From: an uncultured Geobacter sp.
GTDB lineage: Bacteria; Desulfobacterota; Desulfuromonadia; Geobacterales; Pseudopelobacteraceae
Length of the DNA: 64,000 bases
Reading direction: 5' to 3'
Assembly (NCBI GenBank): GCA_964524835.1
Contig: CAZGEG010000013.1
Span: 56,927 to 120,926 of the forward strand
Shown: piece after piece, positions 49,434-60,490 of the stretch
How positions within the stretch are numbered: position 1 is the stretch's first letter
Layout: each line of letters begins with the position of its first letter
Program-made: the position numbers and the translations under genes
The notes under the pieces: generated by a model
Seen by the model: only the letters and a program-made list of their open reading frames with translations
What the model was told of the DNA's origin: nothing
Database searches by the model: none

Positions 49434-50624
49434 TTATTCAATAATTGAAGCTACAACGCCTGCGCCTACGGTGCGGCCGCCTTCGCGGATAGCGAAGCGC
49501 AGGCCGTCGTCCATGGCGATCGGTGTGATCAGCTTGATGGTCATGGCGACGTTATCGCCCGGCATAACCATTTCGATGCCGGCCGGAAGTTCGGCAACAC
49601 CGGTGACGTCCGTGGTGCGGAAATAGAACTGTGGACGGTAGCCGTTGAAGAACGGGGTGTGGCGGCCGCCTTCTTCCTTGGTGAGGATGTATGCTTCAGC
49701 CTTGAACTTGGTGTGCGGGGTGATAGAACCGGGCTTGGCGAGTACCTGGCCGCGCTCGATGTCTTCACGTTTTACGCCGCGCAGCAGTGCGCCGATGTTG
49801 TCTCCTGCACGACCTTCGTCAAGCAGTTTGCGGAACATCTCGACACCGGTTACGGTGGTTTTGATGGTGTTCTTGATGCCGACGACTTCAACTTCCTCGC
49901 CGACCTTTACAATGCCGCGCTCGACACGACCGGTGGCGACGGTACCGCGACCGGAGATGGAGAATACATCTTCTACCGGCATCAGGAACGGACGGTCAAT
50001 GGCGCGCTCCGGATCGGGAATGTAGGCATCGACTGCGTCCATAAGGCGCTCAATGGATTCTTCGCCGAGGAAGCTCTTTTCGCCTTCGAGGGCTTTGAGG
50101 GCGGAACCTTTGATGATCGGGGTGTCGTCGCCGGGAAAGTCATAGCTGGAGAGAAGTTCACGGACTTCAAGCTCTACGAGCTCAAGCAGTTCTTCGTCAT
50201 CAACCATGTCGGCCTTGTTGAGGTATACAACCATATAGGGTACGCCTACCTGACGGGCAAGCAGGATGTGCTCGCGGGTCTGCGGCATCGGGCCGTCAGC
50301 GGCGGATACGACGAGGATTGCGCCGTCCATCTGGGCAGCACCGGTGATCATGTTCTTGACGTAGTCGGCATGGCCGGGGCAGTCAACATGAGCATAGTGG
50401 CGTTTGTCTGTTTCGTATTCAACATGGGCGGTCGCGATAGTGATACCACGCTCACGCTCTTCAGGTGCGTTGTCGATCTGGTCGAACGCCTTGTACTCAG
50501 CCTGACCCTTGCCGGCCAGAACTTTCGTGATGGCGGCGGTCAAGGTTGTCTTGCCGTGATCGACGTGACCGATGGTACCGATGTTTACATGAGTTTTATT
50601 ACGTAGAAACTTTGCTTTTGCCAT
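49434..50624 (-). CDS. tuf: elongation factor Tu
   Basis: [18 protein letters not shown] and NKADMV. 396 aa, full length. Confidence 0.98.
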   Translation of the reverse strand: MAKAKFLRNKTHVNIGTIGHVDHGKTTLTAAITKVLAGKGQAEYKAFDQIDNAPEERERGITIATAHVEYETDKRHYAHVDCPGHADYVKNMITGAAQMDGAILVVSAADGPMPQTREHILLARQVGVPYMVVYLNKADMVDDEELLELVELEVRELLSSYDFPGDDTPIIKGSALKALEGEKSFLGEESIERLMDAVDAYIPDPERAIDRPFLMPVEDVFSISGRGTVATGRVERGIVKVGEEVEVVGIKNTIKTTVTGVEMFRKLLDEGRAGDNIGALLRGVKREDIERGQVLAKPGSITPHTKFKAEAYILTKEEGGRHTPFFNGYRPQFYFRTTDVTGVAELPAGIEMVMPGDNVAMTIKLITPIAMDDGLRFAIREGGRTVGAGVVASIIE

Positions 50625-50660
50625 GAGAAAGGCCCTCCTGAGTTACGGATTTGAGTTGGA

Positions 50661-52739
50661 TTAACCCTTTACTTTTGCAACTATCTCTTCAGCAACCGAC
50701 TTCGGTACTGGCTCATAATGGTCAAAGGTCATTGCATACGTGGCGCGACCTTGCGTAGCCGAACGTAAATCGGTTGAATATCCAAACATCTGTGCGAGTG
50801 GAACCATGGCTGTGATAACCTGGGCACCGGCCCGTGAGTCCATGCCCATGATGCGGCCACGCTTGGAGTTAAGATCACCGATAACATCACCCATGTATTC
50901 TTCTGGGACAACAACTTCAACTGACATGATCGGTTCGAGAATGATCGGGCCGGCTTTTGAACAACCCTCTTTAAAACCCATGGAACCGGCAATTTTGAAA
51001 GCCATCTCGGATGAGTCAACTTCGTGGTACGATCCGTCAATAAGTGTTACCTTGACGTCAACAACGGGGAAACCGGCCAAAACGCCATTATCGAGAGCTT
51101 CCTTGATGCCTTTATCGACGGCAGGGATATACTCACGGGGGACAACACCGCCCTTGACAGCATCAACAAATTCATAACCCAGGCCAGCTTCCTGCGGCTC
51201 AACTTCAAGCCAGACATGCCCGTACTGGCCGCGACCGCCGGACTGGCGAACAAACTTGCCTTCTACCTTGACCTTCTTGGTAATCGTTTCACGATATGCT
51301 ACCTGAGGTTTGCCGACATTGGCTTCAACTTTGAATTCACGCATCAGCCGGTCAACGATGATTTCAAGATGCAGCTCACCCATCCCCGAGATTATGGTCT
51401 GACCGGTTTCTTCATCTGTTTTAACGCGGAACGAGGGGTCTTCACTGGCAAGCTTTTGCAGGCCAAATCCGAGTTTTTCCTGTTCAGCCTTTGTTTTAGG
51501 CTCGATGGCAATTGAAATAACCGGCTCAGGGAACTCAATGGATTCCAGGATTACGGCATTATCCTCATCACAGAGGGTGTCTCCTGTTGTTGTATACTTG
51601 AGGCCTACAGCAGCAGCGATATCACCGGCATATACTTCCTTGACTTCTTCACGCTTGTTCGCGTGCATCTTAAGGATACGTCCGATGCGCTCACGCTTGC
51701 CTTTAGTCGAGTTGAAAATGTATGAACCGGCCTGAACGACTCCGGAGTAGACACGGAAGAAAGTCAGCTGGCCAACAAAGGGGTCGGTCATTATCTTGAA
51801 GCCGAGAGCGGAAAAAGGCTCGGTGTCGGAAGCATGACGCTCCACCTCAGTGCCCTTATCAGCGTCAATGCCCTTAATTGCCGGAATATCCATCGGGGAA
51901 GGCATGTAATCGACAACGGCATCAAGGAGATTCTGCACGCCCTTGTTCTTGAATGAAGATCCGCAGATAACCGGGCAGAAATGAATTGCTATAGTACAAG
52001 CGCGAATAGCAGCTTTTACTTCAGCCTCACTCAACACCTCTCCGGAAAGGTACTTCTCCATGAGCGCGTCATCGTGGCTGGAAATTTCTTCAATCATCTT
52101 CTCGCGGTACTCAACAGCCTCGTCGAGCAGATCGGCAGGAATCTCTTCCGTGCGGAATGTTGCGCCAAGAGTCTCATCATCCCACAAAATGGCTTTCATC
52201 GTTACAAGATCGATGATTCCCTTGAAGTTTTCCTCTTTGCCAATCGGTAACTGAATGGGGAGAGGATTAGCCTTCAGTCGCTCTTTTATCATCTGGACGC
52301 CGCGGAAGAAGTCAGCACCGACGCGGTCCATCTTGTTTACAAAAGCGATACGGGGTACACCGTACTTATCAGCCTGGCGCCATACAGTTTCAGACTGCGG
52401 CTCTACGCCGCCAACTGAACAGAACACTGCAACCGCGCCATCAAGCACTCGCAAAGAGCGCTCGACTTCAATAGTAAAGTCGACGTGACCGGGAGTATCA
52501 ATGATATTAATACGATGGTCATTCCAGGTACAGGTGGTTGCAGCGGACGTGATTGTGATACCACGCTCCTGCTCCTGCTCCATCCAGTCCATCGTAGCGG
52601 TACCTTCGTGAACTTCGCCAATCTTATGGGATACGCCGGTGTAATAAAGAATACGTTCGGTCGTAGTAGTTTTTCCGGCATCAATGTGAGCCATGATGCC
52701 GATATTTCTATATTTATCTAACGGTGCTAAGCGGGGCAC
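50661..52739 (-). CDS. fusA: elongation factor G
   Basis: [27 protein letters not shown] and NKMDR. 692 aa. Confidence 0.98.
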   Translation of the reverse strand: MPRLAPLDKYRNIGIMAHIDAGKTTTTERILYYTGVSHKIGEVHEGTATMDWMEQEQERGITITSAATTCTWNDHRINIIDTPGHVDFTIEVERSLRVLDGAVAVFCSVGGVEPQSETVWRQADKYGVPRIAFVNKMDRVGADFFRGVQMIKERLKANPLPIQLPIGKEENFKGIIDLVTMKAILWDDETLGATFRTEEIPADLLDEAVEYREKMIEEISSHDDALMEKYLSGEVLSEAEVKAAIRACTIAIHFCPVICGSSFKNKGVQNLLDAVVDYMPSPMDIPAIKGIDADKGTEVERHASDTEPFSALGFKIMTDPFVGQLTFFRVYSGVVQAGSYIFNSTKGKRERIGRILKMHANKREEVKEVYAGDIAAAVGLKYTTTGDTLCDEDNAVILESIEFPEPVISIAIEPKTKAEQEKLGFGLQKLASEDPSFRVKTDEETGQTIISGMGELHLEIIVDRLMREFKVEANVGKPQVAYRETITKKVKVEGKFVRQSGGRGQYGHVWLEVEPQEAGLGYEFVDAVKGGVVPREYIPAVDKGIKEALDNGVLAGFPVVDVKVTLIDGSYHEVDSSEMAFKIAGSMGFKEGCSKAGPIILEPIMSVEVVVPEEYMGDVIGDLNSKRGRIMGMDSRAGAQVITAMVPLAQMFGYSTDLRSATQGRATYAMTFDHYEPVPKSVAEEIVAKVKG

Positions 52740-52767
52740 TGAATCCTCCAGAAACGAATAATACTAA

Positions 52768-53238
52768 TTACCAACGATAATGGGCGAAGGCGCGGTTTGC
52801 TTCGGCCATCTTGTGGACATCTTCACGTTTCTTCACTGCGGAGCCGCGATTATTGAAAGCGTCCAGAATCTCTCCAGCCAGCTTGTCTTTCATCGTTTTC
52901 TCGCTGCGGGCGGTTGAATACTTGATCAGCCAACGCATTGCCAGGGACATGCGACGCTCGGGACGCACTTCGATCGGCACCTGATAGGTAGAACCACCAA
53001 CGCGACGGGATTTAACTTCCAGCGTCGGCTTGATGTTGTCAAGGCTCTTCTTTAGCACTTTTACCGCTTCATCATTTGCCCTCTGGGCAACAAGCTCGAG
53101 CGCACCATACATGATGGACTCGGCAACGCTTTTCTTGCCTGCAAGCATAAGGGTGTTGATAAGCTTGGCAACGACCTTGTCGTTAAACTTTGGATCCGGC
53201 AGAATAACTCTCTTGGGTACTTCTCTTCTTCTCGGCAT
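52768..53238 (-). CDS. rpsG: 30S ribosomal protein S7
   Basis: [18 protein letters not shown]. Confidence 0.96.
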   Translation of the reverse strand: MPRRREVPKRVILPDPKFNDKVVAKLINTLMLAGKKSVAESIMYGALELVAQRANDEAVKVLKKSLDNIKPTLEVKSRRVGGSTYQVPIEVRPERRMSLAMRWLIKYSTARSEKTMKDKLAGEILDAFNNRGSAVKKREDVHKMAEANRAFAHYRW

Positions 53239-53268
53239 ATATATCCCCTCAACTAAACAGGTTCAGTA

Positions 53269-53640
53269 TTATTTAGGACGCTTGGCACCATACTTGGAAC
53301 GACTCTGCAAACGGCCTTTTACACCGACCGAGTCAAGCGTACCGCGTACGATGTGATAACGGACACCAGGAAGGTCTTTAACCCTGCCGCCGCGAATAAG
53401 AACAACGGAGTGTTCCTGAAGGTTATGGCCAACACCTGGGATATAAGAAGTCACTTCAAGGCCATTAGTCAAACGAACCCTGGCAACTTTACGGAGAGCG
53501 GAGTTAGGTTTCTTAGGTGTCGTTGTATAAACCCTTGTACAAACTCCGCGCTTCTGCGGACAACTCTTCAGAGCGGGGGCCGTTGATTTATCTTTCTTAC
53601 TTTCCCTACCTGACCTGATCAGCTGGTTGATTGTTGGCAT
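53269..53640 (-). CDS. rpsL: 30S ribosomal protein S12
   Basis: Start moved to ATG 53640 ([12 protein letters not shown]). [17 protein letters not shown]. Confidence 0.96.
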   Translation of the reverse strand: MPTINQLIRSGRESKKDKSTAPALKSCPQKRGVCTRVYTTTPKKPNSALRKVARVRLTNGLEVTSYIPGVGHNLQEHSVVLIRGGRVKDLPGVRYHIVRGTLDSVGVKGRLQSRSKYGAKRPK

Positions 53641-53701
53641 AGTCGTCAAATTCTCCAGATACAAAAATATCGAAACTGCTCCAAACAGGAGCGAACACGC
53701 A

Positions 53702-53730
53702 AACTAACAAAAGAATAGAATCCTTGTCAA
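53702..53730 (-). promoter_or_regulatory. candidate sigma70 promoter of the str operon
   Basis: On the minus strand: TTGACA (53730-53725), 17-nt spacer, TTAGTT (53707-53702). An A-rich tract lies just upstream. Confidence 0.4.
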
Positions 53731-54056
53731 TCTTTTTATTTGGCTGTGGTGTTTTTTGTGAGTCGCTTTGACTCAAAAGAATACTGCAAACTACAAATGA
53801 ATCAATTGTACGCTTATAGGTCGTGAACCTGCCCGGACGCTCTGATGATTTTTCGGATGGGAATGGAATAGTTGTAGGGCCGGAATTTCACCGACATCTC
53901 CATTCAGATCAGAAGCGTTTACTTCTCCTCTATCGAGAGGAATTGCACTTGTACTCTTATTACCCACATGGTGTCAATAAAAAAGTTGCGCCCATTCTTC
54001 TTTTTTCGCATTAGCATCTACTTTATTGGGAACATAACACCAATAACATCTATTTA

Positions 54057-54953
54057 TCAGGCACATCTATCGATCACCAGCCCGCTTGGCCCAGCTGTTT
54101 GTGCATGTTTTTCCGGTAAAATGGATATCATCATACCACCCAGAATACATATCGCCCCGGCATAACCGAACACGCCAAGACGCTCATCCAGCACCAATCG
54201 AGCGTACAGCGCCGCAAAAACCGGCTCCGTACAAAAAATCAGTGCTGTATTAGTGTGGCTTATATAGCGCTGCATGGACGTCTGCACCAGAAAGGCGAAG
54301 ACAGTCGCAATAACGGAACAGACCAGAAGCGGAACGAGCAGATGCGGATACCATACTATGACCTCTTTACCTCGAGTTACCGCTCCGGCATAGCTGAGCA
54401 GGGCAACAACCCCCAGCTGTACAACCGTCAGCCAATAAAAGTCACTGCTGCGGACGTATTCACCGGTACAGATCAAATGCAGAGATACACACACTGCGCA
54501 GAGGGCGGCCAGCACATCACCCCTGTTAAACTGCATGGAGCCGTTGCCGCACAGCAGCAGCAGTCCGATCACGGCAAGCACGACAGCCAGTCTGACACCT
54601 ATAGACACACGATACCTGAGGACAAGCGCGGCAAGAATAGGTACCATCACCACGTTCAACCCGGTAAGGAAACCGGTATTGGATGCGCTGGTGTAAAGCA
54701 GTGCCACTGTCTGAAAGGCGTATGCCCCAAAAAGCAGTGCCCCCATAATACACCCACGGAGGATGGTAGCACCGTCAAGCATCCTTCCTTTATACAATCC
54801 GATTGGAAGAATCAATGCAAACGCCAGGATAAAACGTTGTGCAAGAAAGACGAAAACATCGACACTTTCAACAGACTGTTTTACTACTGTAAAAGTAACA
54901 CCCCAGAAGAAAGTTGTCGTAAGTAGCAGTATAGCGGCCTTGTATCGGTTCAT
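54057..54953 (-). CDS. EamA/DMT-family transporter (10 TM)
   Basis: Start uncertain. ATG 54953 (MNRYKAAILLLTTTFFWGVTF) is preferred. ATG 54968 and the tracked 55031 are alternatives. No clear SD sequence for any of them. Confidence 0.8.
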   Translation of the reverse strand: MNRYKAAILLLTTTFFWGVTFTVVKQSVESVDVFVFLAQRFILAFALILPIGLYKGRMLDGATILRGCIMGALLFGAYAFQTVALLYTSASNTGFLTGLNVVMVPILAALVLRYRVSIGVRLAVVLAVIGLLLLCGNGSMQFNRGDVLAALCAVCVSLHLICTGEYVRSSDFYWLTVVQLGVVALLSYAGAVTRGKEVIVWYPHLLVPLLVCSVIATVFAFLVQTSMQRYISHTNTALIFCTEPVFAALYARLVLDERLGVFGYAGAICILGGMMISILPEKHAQTAGPSGLVIDRCA

Positions 54954-55072
54954 TGTATGTATGTCCATGTAAACTGTTATGGTTAAACCATATGACCTGA
55001 TCTTTGTACCCACTTCCAAATTTTCTGACAAGAAAAAAGTCTTTGGAGAGCTCTATTGAGGCTGTTTTTTTA

Positions 55073-55100
55073 TTGACAATTCAACTCGTATTTATATAAA
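55073..55100 (+). promoter_or_regulatory. candidate sigma70 promoter of the polar amino-acid ABC operon
   Basis: TTGACA (55073-55078), 16-nt spacer, TATAAA (55095-55100). Confidence 0.55.
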
Positions 55101-55158
55101 ACACCATTCTTGTCTTACCATTTAATAGTTTAACGAAATTAAAAAAGGAGAAATTCAC

Positions 55159-55902
55159 ATGAAGTTTTTTCGTTTACTCTCGGTTTCCGTCCTGCTGGCA
55201 GCATCACTCTCTGCAACGGCCCTGGCCGGCCCCAAAAGCATCAAGGTGGCTACTGACGCCACGTGGCCACCAATGGAGATGATCGATGCCAACAAGCAGA
55301 TCGTTGGCTACGATATTGATTTTCTCCGTGCCGTTGCCAAAGAAGCCGGCGTCGCTGTCGAATTCAAAAACACCGCCTGGGACGGCATCTTCGCGGGTCT
55401 AGACTCCGGCCAGTACGATGCAATCATCTCTTCGGTCACCATTACCGAAGAACGCAAGGCGAAATACGATTTTACCGATGCCTATACCAGCATTGGACAG
55501 ATTCTGGTTGTGCCTAAAACCGACAAAAAATCCAAAACCATAGCAGACCTGAAGGGCAAGAAGGTCGGCTCCCAGATCGGCACCACGGGAGCAATGGAAG
55601 TCAAGAAGGTTGCCGGTGTCGAATCGAAGACTTATGACGAGATCGGCCTTGCCTTTGAAGACATGGCTGCCGGCCGCATCTACGGCGTCGTCTGTGATGA
55701 ACCGGTTGCCGCTCACTTCGCCCTGCAGAAAAAAGAGTACAAGGAAAAGTTCATGATTGTCGGCAAGCCGTTCACCAAGGAAGGGTACGGCATTGTCGTG
55801 AAGAAGGGTAACAAGGAACTCGTTGACCAGCTCAACAAAGGTATCAAGGCCGTTAAAGCGAAGAAACTTGATACCAAGATCCACACCAAGTGGGTTAAAT
55901 AA
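55159..55902 (+). CDS. polar amino-acid ABC transporter substrate-binding protein (family 3)
   Basis: Signal peptide ends ALA-GP. IKVATDATWPPMEMIDANKQIVGYDIDFLRAVAKEAG. Confidence 0.88.
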   Translation: MKFFRLLSVSVLLAASLSATALAGPKSIKVATDATWPPMEMIDANKQIVGYDIDFLRAVAKEAGVAVEFKNTAWDGIFAGLDSGQYDAIISSVTITEERKAKYDFTDAYTSIGQILVVPKTDKKSKTIADLKGKKVGSQIGTTGAMEVKKVAGVESKTYDEIGLAFEDMAAGRIYGVVCDEPVAAHFALQKKEYKEKFMIVGKPFTKEGYGIVVKKGNKELVDQLNKGIKAVKAKKLDTKIHTKWVK

Positions 55903-55958
55903 TCCGGCTTGCGGGGCGAAGAGGGTGTAAAACCCTCTCGCCCAGCGCCTACCTATTT

Positions 55959-56747
55959 ATGCCAGACAATCAAGCCACACATACACCGATAGCGGTAGGC
56001 GATGGTGCCGCCATCCCCCACAAAAGCGATGCAGGCCTGTTTACGGCCTGGCGTATAGCCTTTTTCGGGTCAATACTGCTTTGTCTCTTTCTGGCTTTCG
56101 GCCGACCGGACCAGTACATGGCGATCTTCATGTTCGTCCCGGACGGCATCCTGATCACCTTCAAGGTTACGGTGGGAGCAATCCTGCTGGCAATCGTGTT
56201 CGGGTTGGTTGCAGGACTGGGTCGAATATCAAGCAACCGTTTCATCAACGGAACCGCATCATTATACGTCGAGGTAATCCGGGGCATCCCGCTGCTGGTG
56301 CAGCTCTTTTACATCTACTATGCCCTGGGGCGATTCGTCAAAATCCCCGACATGCTCAGTGCCATCATTGCCATGGCATTCTGTTACGGCGCCTATATGG
56401 CCGAGATCTTCCGGGCCGGGATCCAGTCGATCCCCAAAGGACAGATGGAGGCCGCACTGTCCCTCGGGATGTCCCGCCGGCAGGCCATGCGGCAGGTCAT
56501 CCTGCCCCAGGCCTTCAAGGTCGTGCTGCCGCCGATCGGCAACGAATTCATCGCCCTGCTGAAAGATTCGTCCCTGGTCTCGATCCTGGCGGTTTCCGAC
56601 CTGCTGCGCCGCGGCCGTGAATATGCCTCGGAAACCTTCAACTATTTCGAGACCTACACCGTCATCGCCCTGATCTACCTGATCATGACGCTCTTCTTTT
56701 CCAAACTGATCAGCATCATGGAGGAGCGACTCAATGAAGGACGCTAG
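55959..56747 (+). CDS. polar amino-acid ABC transporter permease (His/Glu/Gln/Arg/opine family)
   Basis: [16 protein letters not shown]...[22 protein letters not shown] (EAA loop). Confidence 0.88.
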   Translation: MPDNQATHTPIAVGDGAAIPHKSDAGLFTAWRIAFFGSILLCLFLAFGRPDQYMAIFMFVPDGILITFKVTVGAILLAIVFGLVAGLGRISSNRFINGTASLYVEVIRGIPLLVQLFYIYYALGRFVKIPDMLSAIIAMAFCYGAYMAEIFRAGIQSIPKGQMEAALSLGMSRRQAMRQVILPQAFKVVLPPIGNEFIALLKDSSLVSILAVSDLLRRGREYASETFNYFETYTVIALIYLIMTLFFSKLISIMEERLNEGR

Positions 56748-57477
56748 CCGCCCCATGATCGAAGTCTGCGGTGTATCCAAATTCTACGGCGACTTCCAGG
56801 CATTAAATGACATCTCGTTCACCGTCAGTGACGGCGAGAAGGTTGTCATCATCGGCCCCAGCGGCTCCGGCAAGAGCACCATCCTGCGTTCCATCAACTG
56901 CCTGGAGACCATCGACCGCGGCAGCATCAGCGTCGGCGGCATGGATGTCAGCAATCCGAAAACCGATATCTGCAAGGTGCGCGAGGAGGTCGGGATGGTC
57001 TTCCAGTCCTTCAACCTCTTCCCCCACAAGACCGTACTGGAGAACCTGACCCTGGCCCAGACCGTCGTCCGCAAACGGAGCAGAAAAGAAGCTGAAGAGA
57101 TTGCCATGGAGTTGCTGCGAAAAGTGAATATTTCTGAAAAGGCTGCCGCCTACCCCGCCAAGCTCTCCGGCGGCCAGCAACAGCGCGTCGCCATCGCCCG
57201 CTCTCTGGCGATGAACCCGAAGGCGATCCTGTTTGACGAGCCCACGTCGGCGCTGGACCCGGAGATGATCGGTGAAGTTCTTGATGTCATGAAGACCCTG
57301 GCCCGCGAGGGGATGACCATGGTTGTCGTCACCCACGAGATGGGCTTTGCCCGCGAGGTGGCGGATCGGGTGATCTTTATGGATCATGGCAGGATTGTTG
57401 AGGAAGGCACACCGGAGCACTTTTTTACCGCCCCGAGACATGAACGGGCGAAGCTGTTTTTAAGCCAGATTCTCTGA
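56734..57477 (+). CDS. polar amino-acid ABC transporter ATP-binding protein (GlnQ-type)
   Basis: [24 protein letters not shown] and [19 protein letters not shown] lies 7 nt before ATG 56734. Confidence 0.9.
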   Translation: MKDASRPMIEVCGVSKFYGDFQALNDISFTVSDGEKVVIIGPSGSGKSTILRSINCLETIDRGSISVGGMDVSNPKTDICKVREEVGMVFQSFNLFPHKTVLENLTLAQTVVRKRSRKEAEEIAMELLRKVNISEKAAAYPAKLSGGQQQRVAIARSLAMNPKAILFDEPTSALDPEMIGEVLDVMKTLAREGMTMVVVTHEMGFAREVADRVIFMDHGRIVEEGTPEHFFTAPRHERAKLFLSQIL

Positions 57478-57536
57478 CTCCGGCAGTTGCAGGAGTTTAA
57501 TCCCAAGCAGGACATTACATGAACAGGAGGTAACAC

Positions 57537-58844
57537 ATGAAAAACAGTAAGGTAATGGCAGCGCTCGTCACTCTGGGCCTTGCCGCAGCGGCAGCAGCGC
57601 CGGCATTGGCGCTCGAAAACCAGTTCAGAGGAGCTTTTACAACTTATTTTGACGTTTCAAACTACAATGCTGCAGGTGAATTAAAAAAAGATGCCAAAAC
57701 TGCCAACTACTTTGAGCAAAGAATTCGTTTAGGTTACACCGCCAAGGCAAATGAAGAGCTGAAGTTGGTCACAACGCTTGAATTCGATTATAGCAACTGG
57801 GGAAACAGTTCTTATGACAACCCTGGCGGGAGGAACCAGGGCGGTGCGCTTGGTGCAGATACCGTCAATGTGGAACTGAAGACTGCTTATCTCGATTGGA
57901 AAATACCTGATGCCAAGCTGAACGCGAAGATAGGGATGCAGCCATATGGTGATGCCTTTAAGGGGATCTTTGTCAGCGCCGACATGGCAGGTATCCTTCT
58001 GACTCGCGAATACGCACAGGCTACAGCTTCTGCCGGTTTTTTCCGTTGGGATGACACCAGCACAACTACTCTTGGTAAGGATACTCGCGACATGTTTGTG
58101 TTGGATGGAAAGTATAATTTCAACAAAGACACGAAGCTCGGCGCTGCGTATTACCTTGTTAACAGCACCAATGTTGCAATGACCAACGCTCTCACCGAGG
58201 ATTTGACCGTTCATATGCTAGGTGTAAATGCCGAGACCAGGATAGGCGCCGTTTCTGTTGATGGATTTTTGGCGTATCAGTTCGGAACCGACAATATTGC
58301 CAATAAGGACAGAAGCGCATTTGCCGGTAATGTCGGCGCAAGTATGAAGCTCTACAAGGGAACAGCCAGAACAGAGCTGCTTTATGTCACCGGCGACAAG
58401 AACAACAGCAGCGAAAACTCGTTCTACACTCCTGCTTCCAAGAAATTTACTCAGTTCAATTATACTGAAAGCGGCTTTTACAACAACGAAATGGTTATCC
58501 TCAGCCGTGACAAGAACGCCATGACTAACGATAATGCCATTGTCAGTAACGTAAACAACCGCAATCAAGGCGTAGTTTTCGGTTCTGTCGGCTATGACTA
58601 CCCCTTCACCGACAAGATTTCCGGCAGTACCAATGCCGGTTTTGCCGCTGTTGCCAAGGATAATTCGGGAGTCCATGAGAGCAACTACCTCGGCACCGAA
58701 GTCAACGCAGAACTCAACTATAAATACTCCGATTACATCAATCTCTCTGCCCGCGCCGGCTATGTGGTCCTTGGCGATTACTATAAAGGAACCGGAAACG
58801 ACAACCCTTACGATGCCAAGTTGATCGTGAAATACACGTTCTAA
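57537..58844 (+). CDS. outer-membrane beta-barrel porin (Geobacter OmpJ-like, tentative)
   Basis: Signal peptide ends ALA-LE. Alternating beta-strand pattern, aromatic girdles, and a C-terminal ...KLIVKYTF. Confidence 0.7.
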   Translation: MKNSKVMAALVTLGLAAAAAAPALALENQFRGAFTTYFDVSNYNAAGELKKDAKTANYFEQRIRLGYTAKANEELKLVTTLEFDYSNWGNSSYDNPGGRNQGGALGADTVNVELKTAYLDWKIPDAKLNAKIGMQPYGDAFKGIFVSADMAGILLTREYAQATASAGFFRWDDTSTTTLGKDTRDMFVLDGKYNFNKDTKLGAAYYLVNSTNVAMTNALTEDLTVHMLGVNAETRIGAVSVDGFLAYQFGTDNIANKDRSAFAGNVGASMKLYKGTARTELLYVTGDKNNSSENSFYTPASKKFTQFNYTESGFYNNEMVILSRDKNAMTNDNAIVSNVNNRNQGVVFGSVGYDYPFTDKISGSTNAGFAAVAKDNSGVHESNYLGTEVNAELNYKYSDYINLSARAGYVVLGDYYKGTGNDNPYDAKLIVKYTF

Positions 58845-58855
58845 TATGAAAGCCG

Positions 58856-58886
58856 ACGGCGGGAACCGGCAAAGAGCCCCCGCCGT
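58856..58886 (+). terminator. hairpin after the porin gene (weak T tract)
   Basis: acggcggg (58856-58863) pairs with cccgccgt (58879-58886), followed by tcattcc. Confidence 0.35.
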
Positions 58887-58926
58887 TCATTCCAATTCCT
58901 AAATAACCCGCTAAGGAGACTAACTC

Positions 58927-59211
58927 ATGAAAAAGATTCTGATCGCAATACTGACCGTAGCTGCCCTGTCCGCCTCTTCCATGGCATTTGCCGTGGATGC
59001 GCCTGTTGCCGGGAGCAAGGATGAATGCCTGCTGGCTTCTAAAAACTGCATGCATGAGGTCGACAGCATCCAGCAGAAGATGAAGAAGATCGATGCCGAG
59101 ATCAAAAAAGGTACTAAGGTATATTCTGCCGAAGAATTGAAGAAGCTTGAGCAGAAATTGAAAGAGGTAAATGAAATTTTTAAGGACCTGGAAAAACCGG
59201 GTGGAAGATAA
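58927..59211 (+). CDS. small secreted coiled-coil protein with one Cys pair (hypothetical)
   Basis: Signal peptide MKKILIAILTVAALSASSMAFA. Mature part is KDECLLASKNCMHE plus a Lys/Glu-rich helix. AAGGAG RBS. Confidence 0.65.
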   Translation: MKKILIAILTVAALSASSMAFAVDAPVAGSKDECLLASKNCMHEVDSIQQKMKKIDAEIKKGTKVYSAEELKKLEQKLKEVNEIFKDLEKPGGR

Positions 59212-59236
59212 TTAACCCCAATAAAGGAGACACACC

Positions 59237-60421
59237 ATGAGCTTCAAAAAGAGTACTGCACTGCTTTTGTCCGCTGTATTGGCCCTGTCCGTAACTGCCG
59301 GTTGCAAAAAGAAGGAGGGAGCGCCAACCGAGGCGCCCAAAGCCGCCGGTGACACCATCAAAATCGGCTTCCTGGGCGCCCTGACAGGTGACGTTGCCAT
59401 GTTCGGCAAACCGACGCTGGAAGGGATGAAAATGGCTGCCGAGGATCTGAATGCCGCCGGCGGCGTGCTGGGCAAAAAGATTGAGATCGTCGAAGCCGAT
59501 AACCGCGGCGACAAGCAGGAAGGGGCCTCCGTCACCCAGAAGCTCATCAGCCGCGACAACGTCATCGCCATCGTTGGCGACCCAACCACCGGCATCACCA
59601 AGGTTGCCGCGCCGATCGCCCAGAAAGCCCAGGTCCTCCTTATCTCGGCCGGTGCAACCGGCCCGGGTGTGGTTGAGAACGGCGACTTCATCTTCCGCAA
59701 CACCCTGCTTGACAGCGTTGCCATTCCGGCCTGTATCGACTACTTCGCCAACGACCTCAAATACAAGAAGGTCGCCATCATCACTTCCGACAACAACGAC
59801 TACAGCGTCGGCTTTTCCCAGACATTCCGCGATGCCGCCAAGGGCAAGGGAATTGAAATTGTTGCCGATGAAAAAGTCAAGGACGGCGACAAGGATTTCA
59901 GCGGCCAGGTTACCAACATCAAGGCCAAGAAACCGGACGTAATCTTCTTCTCCGGCTACTACACCGAAGGCGCCCTGATCATGAAGGAAGCCCGCAAACA
60001 GGGTGTCAAAGCCAACATGTTCGGCGGCGACGGCCTCTTCTCCCCTGAGTTCATCAAGCTGGGCGGTTCTGCCGTCGAAGGCTCCATGTCCGCTCTCGGC
60101 TTCGCTCCTGAGCAGGCATCCCCCGAAACCGCAAAATTCATCGAAGCCTTCTCGAAGAAGTTTGCCGGTCAGGTCCCCGGTTTATTTGATGCACAGGGAT
60201 ATGACGGCGTCATGATGATCGCTGATGCCATCAAACGCGCCAACAGCGCCGATCCTAAGGTATTCAAAACCGCCATGGCCTCTACCAAGAATTTCCAGGG
60301 CGTATCCGGCACCATCACGATCCGTGCTAACCGCGAGCCGATCAAGACCCCTCTCTGCCTCTTGGCAGTCAAGGACGGCAAGTTCGCCCTGAAAGCCAAA
60401 GTACCGGTAAAGATGGACTAA
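59237..60421 (+). CDS. LIV-type (type I) substrate-binding lipoprotein, orphan (no adjacent permease)
   Basis: Lipobox VTAGC. IKIGFLGALTGDVAMFGKPTLEGMKMAAEDLNAAGGVLGKKIEIV. Confidence 0.85.
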   Translation: MSFKKSTALLLSAVLALSVTAGCKKKEGAPTEAPKAAGDTIKIGFLGALTGDVAMFGKPTLEGMKMAAEDLNAAGGVLGKKIEIVEADNRGDKQEGASVTQKLISRDNVIAIVGDPTTGITKVAAPIAQKAQVLLISAGATGPGVVENGDFIFRNTLLDSVAIPACIDYFANDLKYKKVAIITSDNNDYSVGFSQTFRDAAKGKGIEIVADEKVKDGDKDFSGQVTNIKAKKPDVIFFSGYYTEGALIMKEARKQGVKANMFGGDGLFSPEFIKLGGSAVEGSMSALGFAPEQASPETAKFIEAFSKKFAGQVPGLFDAQGYDGVMMIADAIKRANSADPKVFKTAMASTKNFQGVSGTITIRANREPIKTPLCLLAVKDGKFALKAKVPVKMD

Positions 60422-60452
60422 TCGCAGTTCCGTAGTATACCGTTAACACATA

Positions 60453-60486
60453 CGCCGTGCAGCTCATCAAGCTGCACGGCGTTTTT
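60453..60486 (+). terminator. intrinsic terminator (usable from both convergent genes)
   Basis: 12-bp stem cgccgtgcagct / agctgcacggcg, loop catca, followed by ttttt. Confidence 0.75.
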
Positions 60487-60490
60487 CACT

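Noticed and set aside
49434-50624. tuf looked like a GC-rich island in the ribosomal cluster, suggesting gene conversion or xenologous replacement.
   Set aside because: More hand counts give tuf at about 53-57% and fusA at about 48-57%, so the step is gradual. Strong codon bias of a very highly expressed gene is a sufficient explanation. It would only be worth revisiting with computed GC3 and the second tuf copy.
53641-54056. Searched this and the other larger intergenic gaps (3902-4446, 7490-7952, 24825-25125, 61298-62069) for tRNA, tmRNA or known riboswitch signatures.
   Set aside because: No cloverleaf-compatible arms or conserved riboswitch cores were recognisable by eye. A proper tRNAscan or Infernal run is still needed.
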